Assembly (NCBI GenBank): GCA_964464595.1
Contig: CAYXGW010000002.1
Coordinates: forward strand, 753-64,752
Direction: 5' to 3'
Length of the DNA: 64,000 nucleotides
DNA from: an uncultured Deferribacteres bacterium
GTDB taxonomy: Bacteria > Zhuqueibacterota > JdFR-76 > DREG01
Shown: one piece after another, positions 18,261 to 28,579 of the stretch
Layout: every line of letters begins with the position of its first letter
Position numbering within the stretch: the stretch's first letter is position 1
Notes under the pieces: model-generated
Databases searched by the model: none
What the model saw: only the letters and a program-made list of their open reading frames with translations
Told to the model about the DNA's origin: nothing
Made by a program: the position numbers and the translations under genes

Positions 18261-20084
18261 TTAAAATACAGAAGAAACCTTTAAGGCTAATACTGTCATA
18301 TCATCAGCCTGGGGCATATTACCAACAAATTCTTCGATCTGATCATCTAGTTTGGCAACAATTTCCATTAATTTGTGGTTGGCCAAGCTACTAAGAAGTG
18401 GTTCTAATCTTTCTTCCCCATATTCTTCATTACTTGCATTCATGGCCTCGGTAATACCATCGGTAAACATGAACAAAACATCACCCATTTTTAATGTTAC
18501 TGTTGCTGACTGATAAGGTGCATCAGGCATAACTCCTAATATTAAACCACCGGTTTCCAAGGTCTCTAGGGATCCATCTGAATGAATTAAGTATGGAGGA
18601 TTATGACCTGCATTTGTGTATAAGATTGTTCTTTTTTTAACATCTAAAATACAATAGAAAAATGTAATAAATTTATCTAAAGTCGTATTTTTGTAAATGA
18701 TATTATTAATAATCGAAACCATTTCTTCAGGATTACGATAATCAATGGCAAGAGCCCTTAAGCTAGCTTGAAGATTTGCCATTAACATTGCTGCAGGTGT
18801 ACTTTTCCCCGAGACATCCGCAATTGCAATACCATAAATATCATCCGACAATTTAATACAATCATAATAATCTCCCCCAACTTCGCGACTGGAAACATTG
18901 CGGCCAAATATTTCGATACCGGAAATTTCAGGAAGATCGCTGGGAAGCAGTTGTTTTTGAATATCCCGGGCAATCATTAGTTCATCTTCTAGTCGTTGTT
19001 TCTCCAGCATCTCGTCAACTAATTGCGCATTCTCTATGGAAATAATGGTTTCATTGCCAAGAACTTCAAGAAATTCAAGCTCATCCTTGCTAACTTCTAG
19101 ATTATTAATTTTTTTGCCAATTCCAATAATCCCCAGGACTCGGTCCTTACTCACCATCGACAAAAGAATTTCGATCCCACCATTTATTAATATCTCTATT
19201 GACTCTTTGAGACCAGGCTGATCTTTAATATCCTCAAGTTTAATGTATTTTTTCCCTGAAGCAAAAACTTCAATAAGGTTTGATTTTATTGCACTAAAGT
19301 CTAATTCCTTGATTTCAAGGTTTGCTCCTTTAGCAACAACCATATTAAATTGGTCATGGCTGTCAATCATGATAATACATTTATTGATTAACAATTCCCC
19401 CATAATAGCAAATGATAGAACCTGCGCAATTTTATCTTCTTCAAGAGATGAATTCAATTCGCGGCTTATCTCGAACATTGTGTTTAATTCTTGAATTTTC
19501 TTGTCTAATTTTTTATTCGCTTCACGAACCTCATCAAACAACAAAGCCTTATCAACTGCAATTACAGCTAGATTAGCTAAGGACTCCAAAAAATCTATCT
19601 CATCTTGTGCAAAAGACATCTTACCAAATTTTTTACCATATACCAACATTCCAAGGTAGTTACTATCTGCAATCATCGGAATTATTATTTCTAATCCGTG
19701 TTTTCTGAACTCATCAAAGAATGGTTCACTGCGGTTTTCCAGTTTGTCTCTTGTTAGTGAGTTTTTTGGGATTTCCTGAAGTGAGAATTGCCTTCCTAAC
19801 AATTGAGTGGACAATCCTTTTACATTTTTTATATGTAAAATATTATTAGTATCCACTAGTAAGACCATTCCCTTACTTATCATCAACCTTCCCATTGGTG
19901 TTAACAAAACGTTATCCAAAATTGTCCTGAGTTCAAGACTGGAATTTAGAATTTTATTAATTTCAAAAAGGGAGGTTAATTCGAGGTATTTAATCTTGAG
20001 ATCATCAAACCCTTCAGATGTTTGTTTATGTATTTTGTTCTGCTTTCTCTGAGGATTGGGAATCGACTTATTTTCTTTTGCCAT
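18261..20084 (-). CDS. Tandem-GAF PP2C (SpoIIE/RsbU-type) serine phosphatase
   Basis: Two GAF-like regions are followed by a PPM phosphatase domain (GGDYYD, ADVSGKSTPAAMLMA, FMFTDGITEA). Confidence 0.85.
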   Translation of the reverse strand: MAKENKSIPNPQRKQNKIHKQTSEGFDDLKIKYLELTSLFEINKILNSSLELRTILDNVLLTPMGRLMISKGMVLLVDTNNILHIKNVKGLSTQLLGRQFSLQEIPKNSLTRDKLENRSEPFFDEFRKHGLEIIIPMIADSNYLGMLVYGKKFGKMSFAQDEIDFLESLANLAVIAVDKALLFDEVREANKKLDKKIQELNTMFEISRELNSSLEEDKIAQVLSFAIMGELLINKCIIMIDSHDQFNMVVAKGANLEIKELDFSAIKSNLIEVFASGKKYIKLEDIKDQPGLKESIEILINGGIEILLSMVSKDRVLGIIGIGKKINNLEVSKDELEFLEVLGNETIISIENAQLVDEMLEKQRLEDELMIARDIQKQLLPSDLPEISGIEIFGRNVSSREVGGDYYDCIKLSDDIYGIAIADVSGKSTPAAMLMANLQASLRALAIDYRNPEEMVSIINNIIYKNTTLDKFITFFYCILDVKKRTILYTNAGHNPPYLIHSDGSLETLETGGLILGVMPDAPYQSATVTLKMGDVLFMFTDGITEAMNASNEEYGEERLEPLLSSLANHKLMEIVAKLDDQIEEFVGNMPQADDMTVLALKVSSVF

Positions 20085-20116
20085 TTACTTTTCTATGTAA
20101 ATTTTGCCAAAGGATT

Positions 20117-20548
20117 TTATGAGGTAATGTATTTAGTCATCTCTATAACGTTCTTTTTAGTGGGCTGAATCGAAAACTTTACTTCGTCCATTAAAACTTT
20201 TATTAGATGAAGGCCAAGTCCACCTTTCCTAAATTCAGTAAGATAAGCACCCATGTCGTCAACACCAATATTATTATACTCAAATCCACTACCCTTGTCT
20301 ACAACAGAAACCACCATTTTTTTTGAGTTTAATTCTACATCGATATGGACATCTTTTGATTTTTCTCCTTTATAAGCGTGTTTCATAACGTTTGTGCAAG
20401 CTTCATCAACTGAGAGTTGTATTTTGTTAACGCTATCATCGTTAAAACCCGCTGTTTTGGCAATTTTCCCTACAAAATCACGAATTAAGTCAAGGAATTC
20501 ATCGTCACTTGGGATTACAAGTGAAAATTTTTTAACTTTACTCGGCAA
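20117..20548 (-). CDS. Anti-sigma regulatory factor-type Ser/Thr kinase (RsbW/SpoIIAB-like HATPase_c)
   Basis: It is 143 aa and carries an N-box (EACTNVMKHAY) and G-boxes (DKGSGF, GGLGLHLI). Confidence 0.75.
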   Translation of the reverse strand: MPSKVKKFSLVIPSDDEFLDLIRDFVGKIAKTAGFNDDSVNKIQLSVDEACTNVMKHAYKGEKSKDVHIDVELNSKKMVVSVVDKGSGFEYNNIGVDDMGAYLTEFRKGGLGLHLIKVLMDEVKFSIQPTKKNVIEMTKYITS

Positions 20549-20667
20549 AATCGAACCTCCGTTTAATCAAGTATTTTGCTTTGCAAATCATATATAGAAT
20601 TAGCACATCCAAATTACGGAACGGTATTAAAATAGTTACCAATAGAAGTTTCGTTTAGTTAGTGCTT

Positions 20668-21015
20668 CTATTTTCTAAAGTTTTGCACAGCTTCACTTTC
20701 ATCATCCACAATTTCGTACAAGCTTGGAAATCCTAACAAATCGAATATTTTAAACACTTTCTCAGACATGTTGGACATTTTGATATCACCATCATTCGAT
20801 CTGACATCTTCGATGAAACCCATAAAGACACCTAAACCTGCACTACTGATATAGGCTAATTTCTCACAATTTACGATGATCTTAAACCTGGTTTCATCAA
20901 CTAATTGTTTCAATGCTTCTTCAAAACTTGGCGCCGTGTGTGCATCTAAATATCCATCTAAATTCAAAACAGATATTTCATCAACATCTTTTCTCGTCAC
21001 AGCAAATTCACTCAT
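20668..21015 (-). CDS. STAS-domain anti-sigma-factor antagonist (RsbV/SpoIIAA-like)
   Basis: It is 115 aa with the STAS fold and a phosphorylatable serine region (ISSAGLGVFMG). Confidence 0.75.
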   Translation of the reverse strand: MSEFAVTRKDVDEISVLNLDGYLDAHTAPSFEEALKQLVDETRFKIIVNCEKLAYISSAGLGVFMGFIEDVRSNDGDIKMSNMSEKVFKIFDLLGFPSLYEIVDDESEAVQNFRK

Positions 21016-21033
21016 TTAATCCTCCGACAACGG

Positions 21034-23145
21034 TTAGGAATCAACTTTAACAACAATCATTGAGAGATCGTCGTGTTTTTTTGCATTTTTTGTAAATTTA
21101 GAAACATCATAAATTATTTTATTTAGAATTTCTCCCGCTGGCTTCTCATAGGTTTCATTGAGGACTTTCATTAAACGTTCCAATCCATATTCTTCTAACT
21201 TTGAATTTCTGGCTTCGTCTAGACCGTCCGTAAAAAATAGAAAAAAATCATTTTTATGCCAGCCTATTTCAATTTCCTCAAGAATTTTGTTAAATACAGT
21301 TCCACTATCAAGTGCGACTCCAATGCCAGGGGGTTGTAAGAATAAGGACTGTTTTTCCTTTGAAGAGAAATGAATAAACGGGCCATGCCCCGCCCGAGAA
21401 ATTGTTACTTTTTTCTCCTTTAAATCAAAAATAGCGTATATCATAGTTACGAATGTTTTTTGATCTAATGTTTCATATAAAGTTTTATTCACTTTTTCCA
21501 GCAAGATTCTTGGGGAATCGTAAAGGCTGGCATATGCACTTACTATTCCTTTTAATTCTGCCATATAAAATGCAGCAGAAAGCCCTTTTCCGGAAACATC
21601 TGCTATAACCACACCAAGTCTATCCTCACCAAGATCAATAAAATCAAAATAATCACCACCAACTTCGGTAGCCATTAAGCAATGTGCATCAATATCCAGT
21701 GAACCCTTTTCTGGCATTGCTTTTGGAAGAAGTCTCATTTGAGTATTACGGGCAACCATTAATTCTTGTTCTATCCTCTCCTTTTCAATCGATTGCTCAA
21801 TAAGCCTGGAATTTTCAATTGCCACAGAAGCTTGATTTGCAAAAGCTTGCAGCATTTCACGATCGTCCTGTTCGAAACCATATTCTTTTTCTTTCGTCGC
21901 ATACAAAATACCCATAACTCCATCCTTAGAAGTAAGCGGAACTCCTAAAATTGAACCTATGTTATTTTGATAATTTAAAATATATTCTGAACGACTATCT
22001 TTGGAAACATCATTCACTAAAACCGATTCTTTATTTTCGAAAATCCAACCGCTTAATCCTTCATTATTTTTGAAATGCATATTGGAAAGTTCTTTATTAG
22101 TGAGATTATGATATGATACAACACTTAGTTCGCCGTCTTCCTTTTTCATTTCAAGCCAGCTTGCGTCCGGGTTTAGAACATCATGTGTTAAGGTTGTCAC
22201 TTTTGATATCAACTCATCATAGCTCAAAACTGAACTAATATCTCTACTCAGGTTTTGTAAAGATTCAATCTCTCTAATTTTTTTCTCAAATATACTAGCT
22301 GTTGGTAAATGAAGCAATAAATTCAATTCCGCCAATACCAAGTAAGAACACATAAAATAAAAAGTAAAACTATTAAAGGACCCCAAAGTAAAACTATATG
22401 TATTAATCTCCTGAAAAATGTTGGATTCATAAACAAGAATCGCTCCCGGAATTAGAAACAATCCTGCCCAGCAAGCTATATACTTCTGTCTTTTATTTAG
22501 GTATGTCACCCAAGAAGTTCTAAAAGATAACAAAAATATTATTAAAAGCAGCAAGCTAAAAAACACCCATTCTAATGGCGTTTGACCTTGAAATGACCAG
22601 TCTGTTTTGAACATTTTAATTGTGTAATGCCTGTATAATACATACACAACAAATAAAAAAAGTCCGAACCGGAATAATTTATAAGTTTTTGCTTTACTTT
22701 TGTAATGAACTAAATCGCGCAGTAAGAAAAGTAAAACAATTAGAAATAAAGTAACAAAAACAGCAGTAAAAGTAGCACGAAAATCCAATTGAAGTGATCC
22801 AAGTAAATTTAAAGTACTTTCGGTGGATTTTTCGTTTTGGCTGGAAATAATCATTTTGGAAAGAGCTACTGAAATAAATAATCCCAAAGCTGCAAAAAAA
22901 GCAGTCTTAAGTTTATAAACGATATGCTGCTCCTGTTTACTGTGACGTTTATAAAGAAGAGATGTAGCCAATAAAAACACAGCTACTATTAGCGTTTCTC
23001 GCAGCCAATAAATAGGTGTTGGGAGTGTATCACGAAAAAGAAAAGGTAGATCAATAATGAAAATCAAAATGATTACGATCGAGATGGTTCCAATCAGAAA
23101 ATAATTACTTTTTTGTTGTAAAAACCGAATGATTGGTTTAATCAT
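21034..23145 (-). CDS. Polytopic-membrane (about 8 TM) GAF PP2C (SpoIIE/RsbU-type) serine phosphatase
   Basis: The N-terminal roughly 300 aa contain about 8 hydrophobic helices, followed by GAF and PPM domains (GGDYFD, ADVSGKGLSAAFYMA, FFTDGLDEA). The gene overlaps the upstream lipoprotein gene by 4 bp (ATGA). Confidence 0.8.
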   Translation of the reverse strand: MIKPIIRFLQQKSNYFLIGTISIVIILIFIIDLPFLFRDTLPTPIYWLRETLIVAVFLLATSLLYKRHSKQEQHIVYKLKTAFFAALGLFISVALSKMIISSQNEKSTESTLNLLGSLQLDFRATFTAVFVTLFLIVLLFLLRDLVHYKSKAKTYKLFRFGLFLFVVYVLYRHYTIKMFKTDWSFQGQTPLEWVFFSLLLLIIFLLSFRTSWVTYLNKRQKYIACWAGLFLIPGAILVYESNIFQEINTYSFTLGSFNSFTFYFMCSYLVLAELNLLLHLPTASIFEKKIREIESLQNLSRDISSVLSYDELISKVTTLTHDVLNPDASWLEMKKEDGELSVVSYHNLTNKELSNMHFKNNEGLSGWIFENKESVLVNDVSKDSRSEYILNYQNNIGSILGVPLTSKDGVMGILYATKEKEYGFEQDDREMLQAFANQASVAIENSRLIEQSIEKERIEQELMVARNTQMRLLPKAMPEKGSLDIDAHCLMATEVGGDYFDFIDLGEDRLGVVIADVSGKGLSAAFYMAELKGIVSAYASLYDSPRILLEKVNKTLYETLDQKTFVTMIYAIFDLKEKKVTISRAGHGPFIHFSSKEKQSLFLQPPGIGVALDSGTVFNKILEEIEIGWHKNDFFLFFTDGLDEARNSKLEEYGLERLMKVLNETYEKPAGEILNKIIYDVSKFTKNAKKHDDLSMIVVKVDS

Positions 23146-24416
23146 TGTGAAGATATCCTGATTAGATTAGGAGTCCCTAGCGCATTCCACTTTCCTATAA
23201 CTTTTCCATCTTCCGATATTTTTGTAACATTAAAATTACCCGCGTCTGAAACAATGCAACTTCCATCATATTCATCAACATCCAGAGATGTTGGATTCGT
23301 AAATCCGTCTAATTTAAGAATAATTGAACCATTCTTATCCAGTTTAACCAATTGGGAATTGTTGAAACCAGAACGCAAATCAAGCGCCCAACAATCTCCC
23401 GTTTTTTGATTTATATTAACTTGATGAACAAAATTAAAAGCTCCAACAGAAATAAGTAATTCTAAGTTGGAACTAAAATGTTTTACCATGGAAACATCTG
23501 CCACCCAAATAGAACCATCCTGGTAATTAATAGCTACATCTTCAGGTTGATCCAGATTCTCAATAGTGGATTTGGTAGTGTCAGTCAAATTAAATCCTGT
23601 AACTGTTTTGTCCAAAACGTCTGAAATCCAACAAATACCCGATGAAATATCGACCGAAATAGAAACCGGGTTAGAGAAATCTTCATCTATAACGAACAGA
23701 GTGCCTGATGTATCGCCAAAAGCTAGTTTTTTGGAATTTTGAAGAAGTATCCACAATCTATTTCTAGTTGGGTCAAAATCAAGGTCTAAAGGTGAATCAC
23801 TGATGTTAAACTTTTTTACTATTTCTCCATCCAGAGACATGTGCGCGACTTGGTTTAAGAAAAAATCGCTTACCCAAATTCCCTGTCCATTACCGATATT
23901 AGCCATTCCTGAAATATCAAAAAAATCACTTCTAGAAAAAAGGGTATGAGAAGCATCATGTGTTAATTGAAAAAGTTTACCAGTTGTTCTAATCCCAACC
24001 CACATACGAGATGGTCCGGGTGTAATGAAAACTTCATCAGATAGAGGGCCCTCATTAAATTCAGTAATTGCCTGAATTTTATACCTATGGGTAACATCAA
24101 ATAAAACTTCTTGATCATCATAGCGAGATGTATTACCAGGAACCACTGCAATTTCTACAAACCCGCTATCCTGCGATGTTTGCCTAAATATCTTAGTTCC
24201 AATATACCCGTTAATTTCGATATCATCCCAAGTTAAAGAAACGACTCTATCCAAAGAAATTACAGATAAACCTGTCAGCTTTCCCTGGGTAAATGGATTT
24301 TCCGGATCTAAAGGATTGTCGTGCTCACGATCTGCACAACCGTTTATTGCGACAATGAACAATCCTGCGTAAAATAAATAATGTGATTTTTTAAATTTGA
24401 ATAAATTCATCAGCAT
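23142..24416 (-). CDS. Lipoprotein with an Fn3-like domain and a beta-propeller (NHL/YVTN-like) domain
   Basis: It has a signal peptide and a lipobox-like AINGC. Repeated DxSG/IWV blades follow. Its stop overlaps the start of the membrane PP2C gene. Confidence 0.55.
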   Translation of the reverse strand: MLMNLFKFKKSHYLFYAGLFIVAINGCADREHDNPLDPENPFTQGKLTGLSVISLDRVVSLTWDDIEINGYIGTKIFRQTSQDSGFVEIAVVPGNTSRYDDQEVLFDVTHRYKIQAITEFNEGPLSDEVFITPGPSRMWVGIRTTGKLFQLTHDASHTLFSRSDFFDISGMANIGNGQGIWVSDFFLNQVAHMSLDGEIVKKFNISDSPLDLDFDPTRNRLWILLQNSKKLAFGDTSGTLFVIDEDFSNPVSISVDISSGICWISDVLDKTVTGFNLTDTTKSTIENLDQPEDVAINYQDGSIWVADVSMVKHFSSNLELLISVGAFNFVHQVNINQKTGDCWALDLRSGFNNSQLVKLDKNGSIILKLDGFTNPTSLDVDEYDGSCIVSDAGNFNVTKISEDGKVIGKWNALGTPNLIRISSQ

Positions 24417-24715
24417 AATAATACGATTTAAGGTATTTTTGGTTTCCTAGCATTAATTATTAAATAAAATGTACGAAAATCGATGATATAAATCCTGAAC
24501 ACTTTATTTAATCTCGATTCCATTTCAATAAACTTGTATTTTTACTTTATGAAGTTCTTCTTTTTTTTAGATTCAATTTACAAAAAAGTTAATAGCTATA
24601 AAAATAATTAAAAATAATTCAGATTATTAACTTAAAAATTATTATGTAGATAAGGCAGGTAATTTTGAAGTTAATTTAAGGTAGGCTGCAGAATTAAAAT
24701 CCTTTTTAGAGGAAA

Positions 24716-26707
24716 TTAAGACAAATTCATTCTTTTCAACACCTCTTTTATTCTGCCTGAACGTGTTTTATTTCCATTTGAATTCTTGCGACTGCGATAT
24801 AACAATTGTAATCTTTGATAATCGCTTTTAATTTTTGCATATATTAATTTATTTTCTATAGTCACTGCAACTAGCCGAGCGATTTTTTCAAGAATTTGAA
24901 CTAATTCTGTATAGGGTCTTAGTTTATTGGTTGGGTCATCTAATATAAAAAATCCGATAATTTTCTTTTTCCGTGTTGTGATTGGGATAAGTAAAATATC
25001 TTCACAATGCCACATTTTCGGATCGGTTACGGATGTAATAGGCGTCCCATAAATTCTTTTAATAATATTCAGAGGATTATTACGTTCTTGCACAAGATAT
25101 GAATGTGAAATTCGGCATTTCTGTTTCAAAAGCGGAATAATTTCTTCAATAGAAAAATGCAACCTACTTAATATTCTGGCCTTTTCTTTATTCTCTAAAG
25201 CAATTGATTTTAAATTTAATCGGTGGGTGGATTTACTAAAAATTGCGAGAATGGGCAAATTATAACCCAATGAAAGTTTAATGGTCCAAACGATCTCCCG
25301 AAGTAGATTTTCCAACGGCAAATCGATGCAAAATGTTTCCAAAATTGTAAAGATTTGCTTAAAATGTTTATGCTTATTTTCCAATTTTGAAAAGCGCGTA
25401 TGGAATTCATAAAGACCGGAAATGTAATTGGATAATATTTCCGCTCGTTCCAAAATTTGGGTAGATGGGGTTTTGCCTGTTTCAGGGTTCTCAAGAATAA
25501 TAAAACCCAGGCAATTTTCATCGGAAGTCCGCAAATTTATAAAAAGACGATCCCCTTTTTCCCAATTATTACCTTCTTTCCATAGTTTGGATTGAAACAA
25601 TTCCACACCAGGCTTTCGTTCTGTTTCATTCAGCACACTTTGGTGAACAAATCGAACAAATTCCGATCTTGGAAATAATTTTCGCACTTCTTTTTCTGTG
25701 AAAAAATCCGAGCGAATTTCTGTTTTATCTCCGTGGATTTTAGCGCCAATTTCTATTTCATTTTGATATTGGTGCTTAGTTGTATGATACAAAAATAAAG
25801 ATGCATACCCGAACTTAAAATTTCTTTTCGGAATTTCAGCTAATTTCATATGAAATAGCTGAATTAAATTTTTGCGAAAGTAATTATTTAATTGATATAA
25901 CTCATGAAATAAAGGTTTTATATCGGTTACTCGTCTTTCTGTTGCTTGTGATTCTTCTTTCGACAATACTTTAAAATAACCACGGAAACCTGAGAAGAGA
26001 GCTTCCGGCCGTGTATATGGGGTTAATTGAAGTTCAACCGGAATAATACCTCTTGTTTTATGGATAACTTCCGTGTCAATCATTAATGTATCCTGACGGC
26101 CTTCTATAGAAGAATGCCATTGGTAGAATATTTCTCGATCTTCGTCGGCAATAAAATCCATCAAATAGGTTTTGTAGAATTCACTAGAGGAAAGCCCAAG
26201 GATATTTTGTAGATTATCATCAAAAGAAATAAAGCGGCCACTTTCGTTAATTTCAAAAAAGGAAGTTATATGAGATAAAGTTGATTCAACTTGAAAATCA
26301 AATGCAATATTTTTTGTTGATACATTTTGTTCTTTTGCTCGATCTAAAGTAAAAGGAATTGCAGTTACGGCACCCTCAACCTTTACAATATAATCAAATA
26401 CTCCACTCTTTACTGCATCCTCCGCTATCCGCTCCTGTTTTTCATCTACAAGGAGTACAAGGGGTATCTTTTTGGCGAAATCCAGTATATTCTCATAGAA
26501 CTGATTGCCGTTGGTTTTAATTAATTCAGCATCAAAAAGAAATGCATGATAATTATTTTGATCAAGAGAATTTTTTATCTCTTTAAGACTGCTAGCCTTC
26601 TCTAATTTATATTTGTTTTGATGAAATTGTAATACTCGGACAATAGAGCTTAGAAATGCCTTGTCATGGCCGATATAGAGTACATTGGTTGGTTGTTCAG
26701 ATGGCAT
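24716..26707 (-). CDS. Receiver-like (REC) - PAS - GAF-like regulatory protein with no recognisable output domain
   Basis: The N-terminus has a receiver-like fold (VLYIGHDK...FLFDAEL). A PAS-like middle region and a GAF-like C-terminus follow. Confidence 0.45.
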   Translation of the reverse strand: MPSEQPTNVLYIGHDKAFLSSIVRVLQFHQNKYKLEKASSLKEIKNSLDQNNYHAFLFDAELIKTNGNQFYENILDFAKKIPLVLLVDEKQERIAEDAVKSGVFDYIVKVEGAVTAIPFTLDRAKEQNVSTKNIAFDFQVESTLSHITSFFEINESGRFISFDDNLQNILGLSSSEFYKTYLMDFIADEDREIFYQWHSSIEGRQDTLMIDTEVIHKTRGIIPVELQLTPYTRPEALFSGFRGYFKVLSKEESQATERRVTDIKPLFHELYQLNNYFRKNLIQLFHMKLAEIPKRNFKFGYASLFLYHTTKHQYQNEIEIGAKIHGDKTEIRSDFFTEKEVRKLFPRSEFVRFVHQSVLNETERKPGVELFQSKLWKEGNNWEKGDRLFINLRTSDENCLGFIILENPETGKTPSTQILERAEILSNYISGLYEFHTRFSKLENKHKHFKQIFTILETFCIDLPLENLLREIVWTIKLSLGYNLPILAIFSKSTHRLNLKSIALENKEKARILSRLHFSIEEIIPLLKQKCRISHSYLVQERNNPLNIIKRIYGTPITSVTDPKMWHCEDILLIPITTRKKKIIGFFILDDPTNKLRPYTELVQILEKIARLVAVTIENKLIYAKIKSDYQRLQLLYRSRKNSNGNKTRSGRIKEVLKRMNLS

Positions 26708-26893
26708 TTATTTTCCTAATTTATTTTTAGTTAATATAAATAAAATAACTTAAATAACCAAGAACATTCTCACTTAAATATTTTCAGATTTACATGGAAT
26801 GGCGAATTATTCCTTAATATTATTAAATAGATTAAAAGGGTTTTTACTCACAACGCAATTTTGTAACAAAAACAGATTACATGCCAAGTAAAA

Positions 26894-28531
26894 CTATGCG
26901 TAAGAATACTCTTGATTTGAAATGATAGAAGTACTTTGTATCGCTATCGTTTTTAAAACATTCTGAACATCTTCGATAATATTTTCCTGAATTATGCTGT
27001 TACCCAGTTTATTATTTGCATTTTTAATATCTTCAAAGAGAATTTTTTCTTCTGATTTCAATCGGTCTAGCAATAAATCCACACTTTGATTAATCTCAAT
27101 AAGTGATTTCATTTTTGTTCTCATTGACTTAATCTCATTCTCAATGTAAGAGTAATGAGAAATAGAACATGAGTTATTCTCAGAAATTAATTTCTTTCCA
27201 AAAGAGCTAACTTCATCCAACCTTTTAAAAACCTCATTCGTTAGATGATGAGCATCCAATGAGAGTTTGTGAATTTCTTCGGCAAGTACACCAATTGCCC
27301 TACCTTTCTCTCCAGCGCTTGCTGCTTTTATCTGTGCATTCACACCAATTAGTTCTAAACTCGAACCAATTTCATTAATTGAACCAATGTAAGAAGAAAG
27401 ATTAGCTGCCTTTTTTGCTAACGTAGACAAGGTAGCAGATATTTCCTGCTCTACTTTGTCATTTTTAAAAGCAAATTCAGCAATCTCCTGTATTTCTTTT
27501 TCGACTTCCATCAAGAATGATGTTTCAGATTCGAAACTAGCATTCAAGGATTCTTGTACTTGATTGTCCTCTTTTAGAAAATCTTTTATCTCAAAAAATG
27601 TAATGGCGACTTGATCATTTGTATGTTGTCTATTATTCCAAATGTTTATTAACTCATTTGACTGCAATTCACATTGACTAATGGCATGTTGGACTTCATT
27701 AGAAAATTTGACCGGATCGTCACCATAAAGCGGCAATTCATTAAATCGCTTCGACATCTCCTGCAAAGAAGAAACTAAAGTATTTGTTTTCTGAACACAG
27801 GGTTTATCTATCTCAACAAAGCTTAGAACTTTTGCTGTTGTTTCATGAATTTTCTTTGTCAATTTTGAAATGTATTTTGCAAACCTAATTCTTGTATCTT
27901 GACTATTAATAACAGATTCCAGATCTTTTTGAGCAGTTTCAAGCATTCCATCTATACTAACATTTTGTTTACTAACGGAATCGTACAATCTCTCAAGAGA
28001 TTTACCAATATGCTCTGTTATTTCTTCAGATTGGGACTGCATTTCCGGATATTTCAATTTAATCTGATCTGCTAATTTTTCCACGTCTTCTGCAATCTTC
28101 ACGAAGCCATTATTCTCAATATTCAATCTGGTGCCTTCTACTCTTGTGAATGTACCGAGCATTTTTAGCATTTTTACAATATTGCTGAATCCTTCCAATG
28201 AAGTGGAGAAATCAGAGAGGTATTCAGTAATTTTCACCAAAAGTTTTAAATTTTCCTCTGCTTTTTCCTGAGTAAGCATAAAATGAATACAGATAGAATT
28301 TAAAATGCTCCAAATACCATCTAACGCTGTTTGGACCCCTTCCCCGGATATCCTTTCTGCAGTAATGGAAGATAGCGTCGATAACTCTTTTGATCGAAAC
28401 TCAATATCTTGCAAATCTGATCTACCGGAAAGCAATTCCTCTATATATTTAGAAACCATGTTCTTTAGACGATTTGCTAGTGTAGAACTTTCCTGGCTTG
28501 ATTCCGCACAGAACTTGTTGATAGCTTCCAT
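26894..28531 (-). CDS. Soluble coiled-coil protein carrying a methyl-accepting chemotaxis protein (MCP) signalling domain
   Basis: NAQIKAASAGEKGRAIGVLAEEIHKLS matches the highly conserved MCP signalling core ([27 protein letters not shown]). There are no TM segments and the rest is predicted coiled coil. Confidence 0.6.
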   Translation of the reverse strand: MEAINKFCAESSQESSTLANRLKNMVSKYIEELLSGRSDLQDIEFRSKELSTLSSITAERISGEGVQTALDGIWSILNSICIHFMLTQEKAEENLKLLVKITEYLSDFSTSLEGFSNIVKMLKMLGTFTRVEGTRLNIENNGFVKIAEDVEKLADQIKLKYPEMQSQSEEITEHIGKSLERLYDSVSKQNVSIDGMLETAQKDLESVINSQDTRIRFAKYISKLTKKIHETTAKVLSFVEIDKPCVQKTNTLVSSLQEMSKRFNELPLYGDDPVKFSNEVQHAISQCELQSNELINIWNNRQHTNDQVAITFFEIKDFLKEDNQVQESLNASFESETSFLMEVEKEIQEIAEFAFKNDKVEQEISATLSTLAKKAANLSSYIGSINEIGSSLELIGVNAQIKAASAGEKGRAIGVLAEEIHKLSLDAHHLTNEVFKRLDEVSSFGKKLISENNSCSISHYSYIENEIKSMRTKMKSLIEINQSVDLLLDRLKSEEKILFEDIKNANNKLGNSIIQENIIEDVQNVLKTIAIQSTSIISNQEYSYA

Positions 28532-28579
28532 TTAATTATTTTTTTCGAATCTGTTTTTGTTTAATTTTTTCCAAACTAT

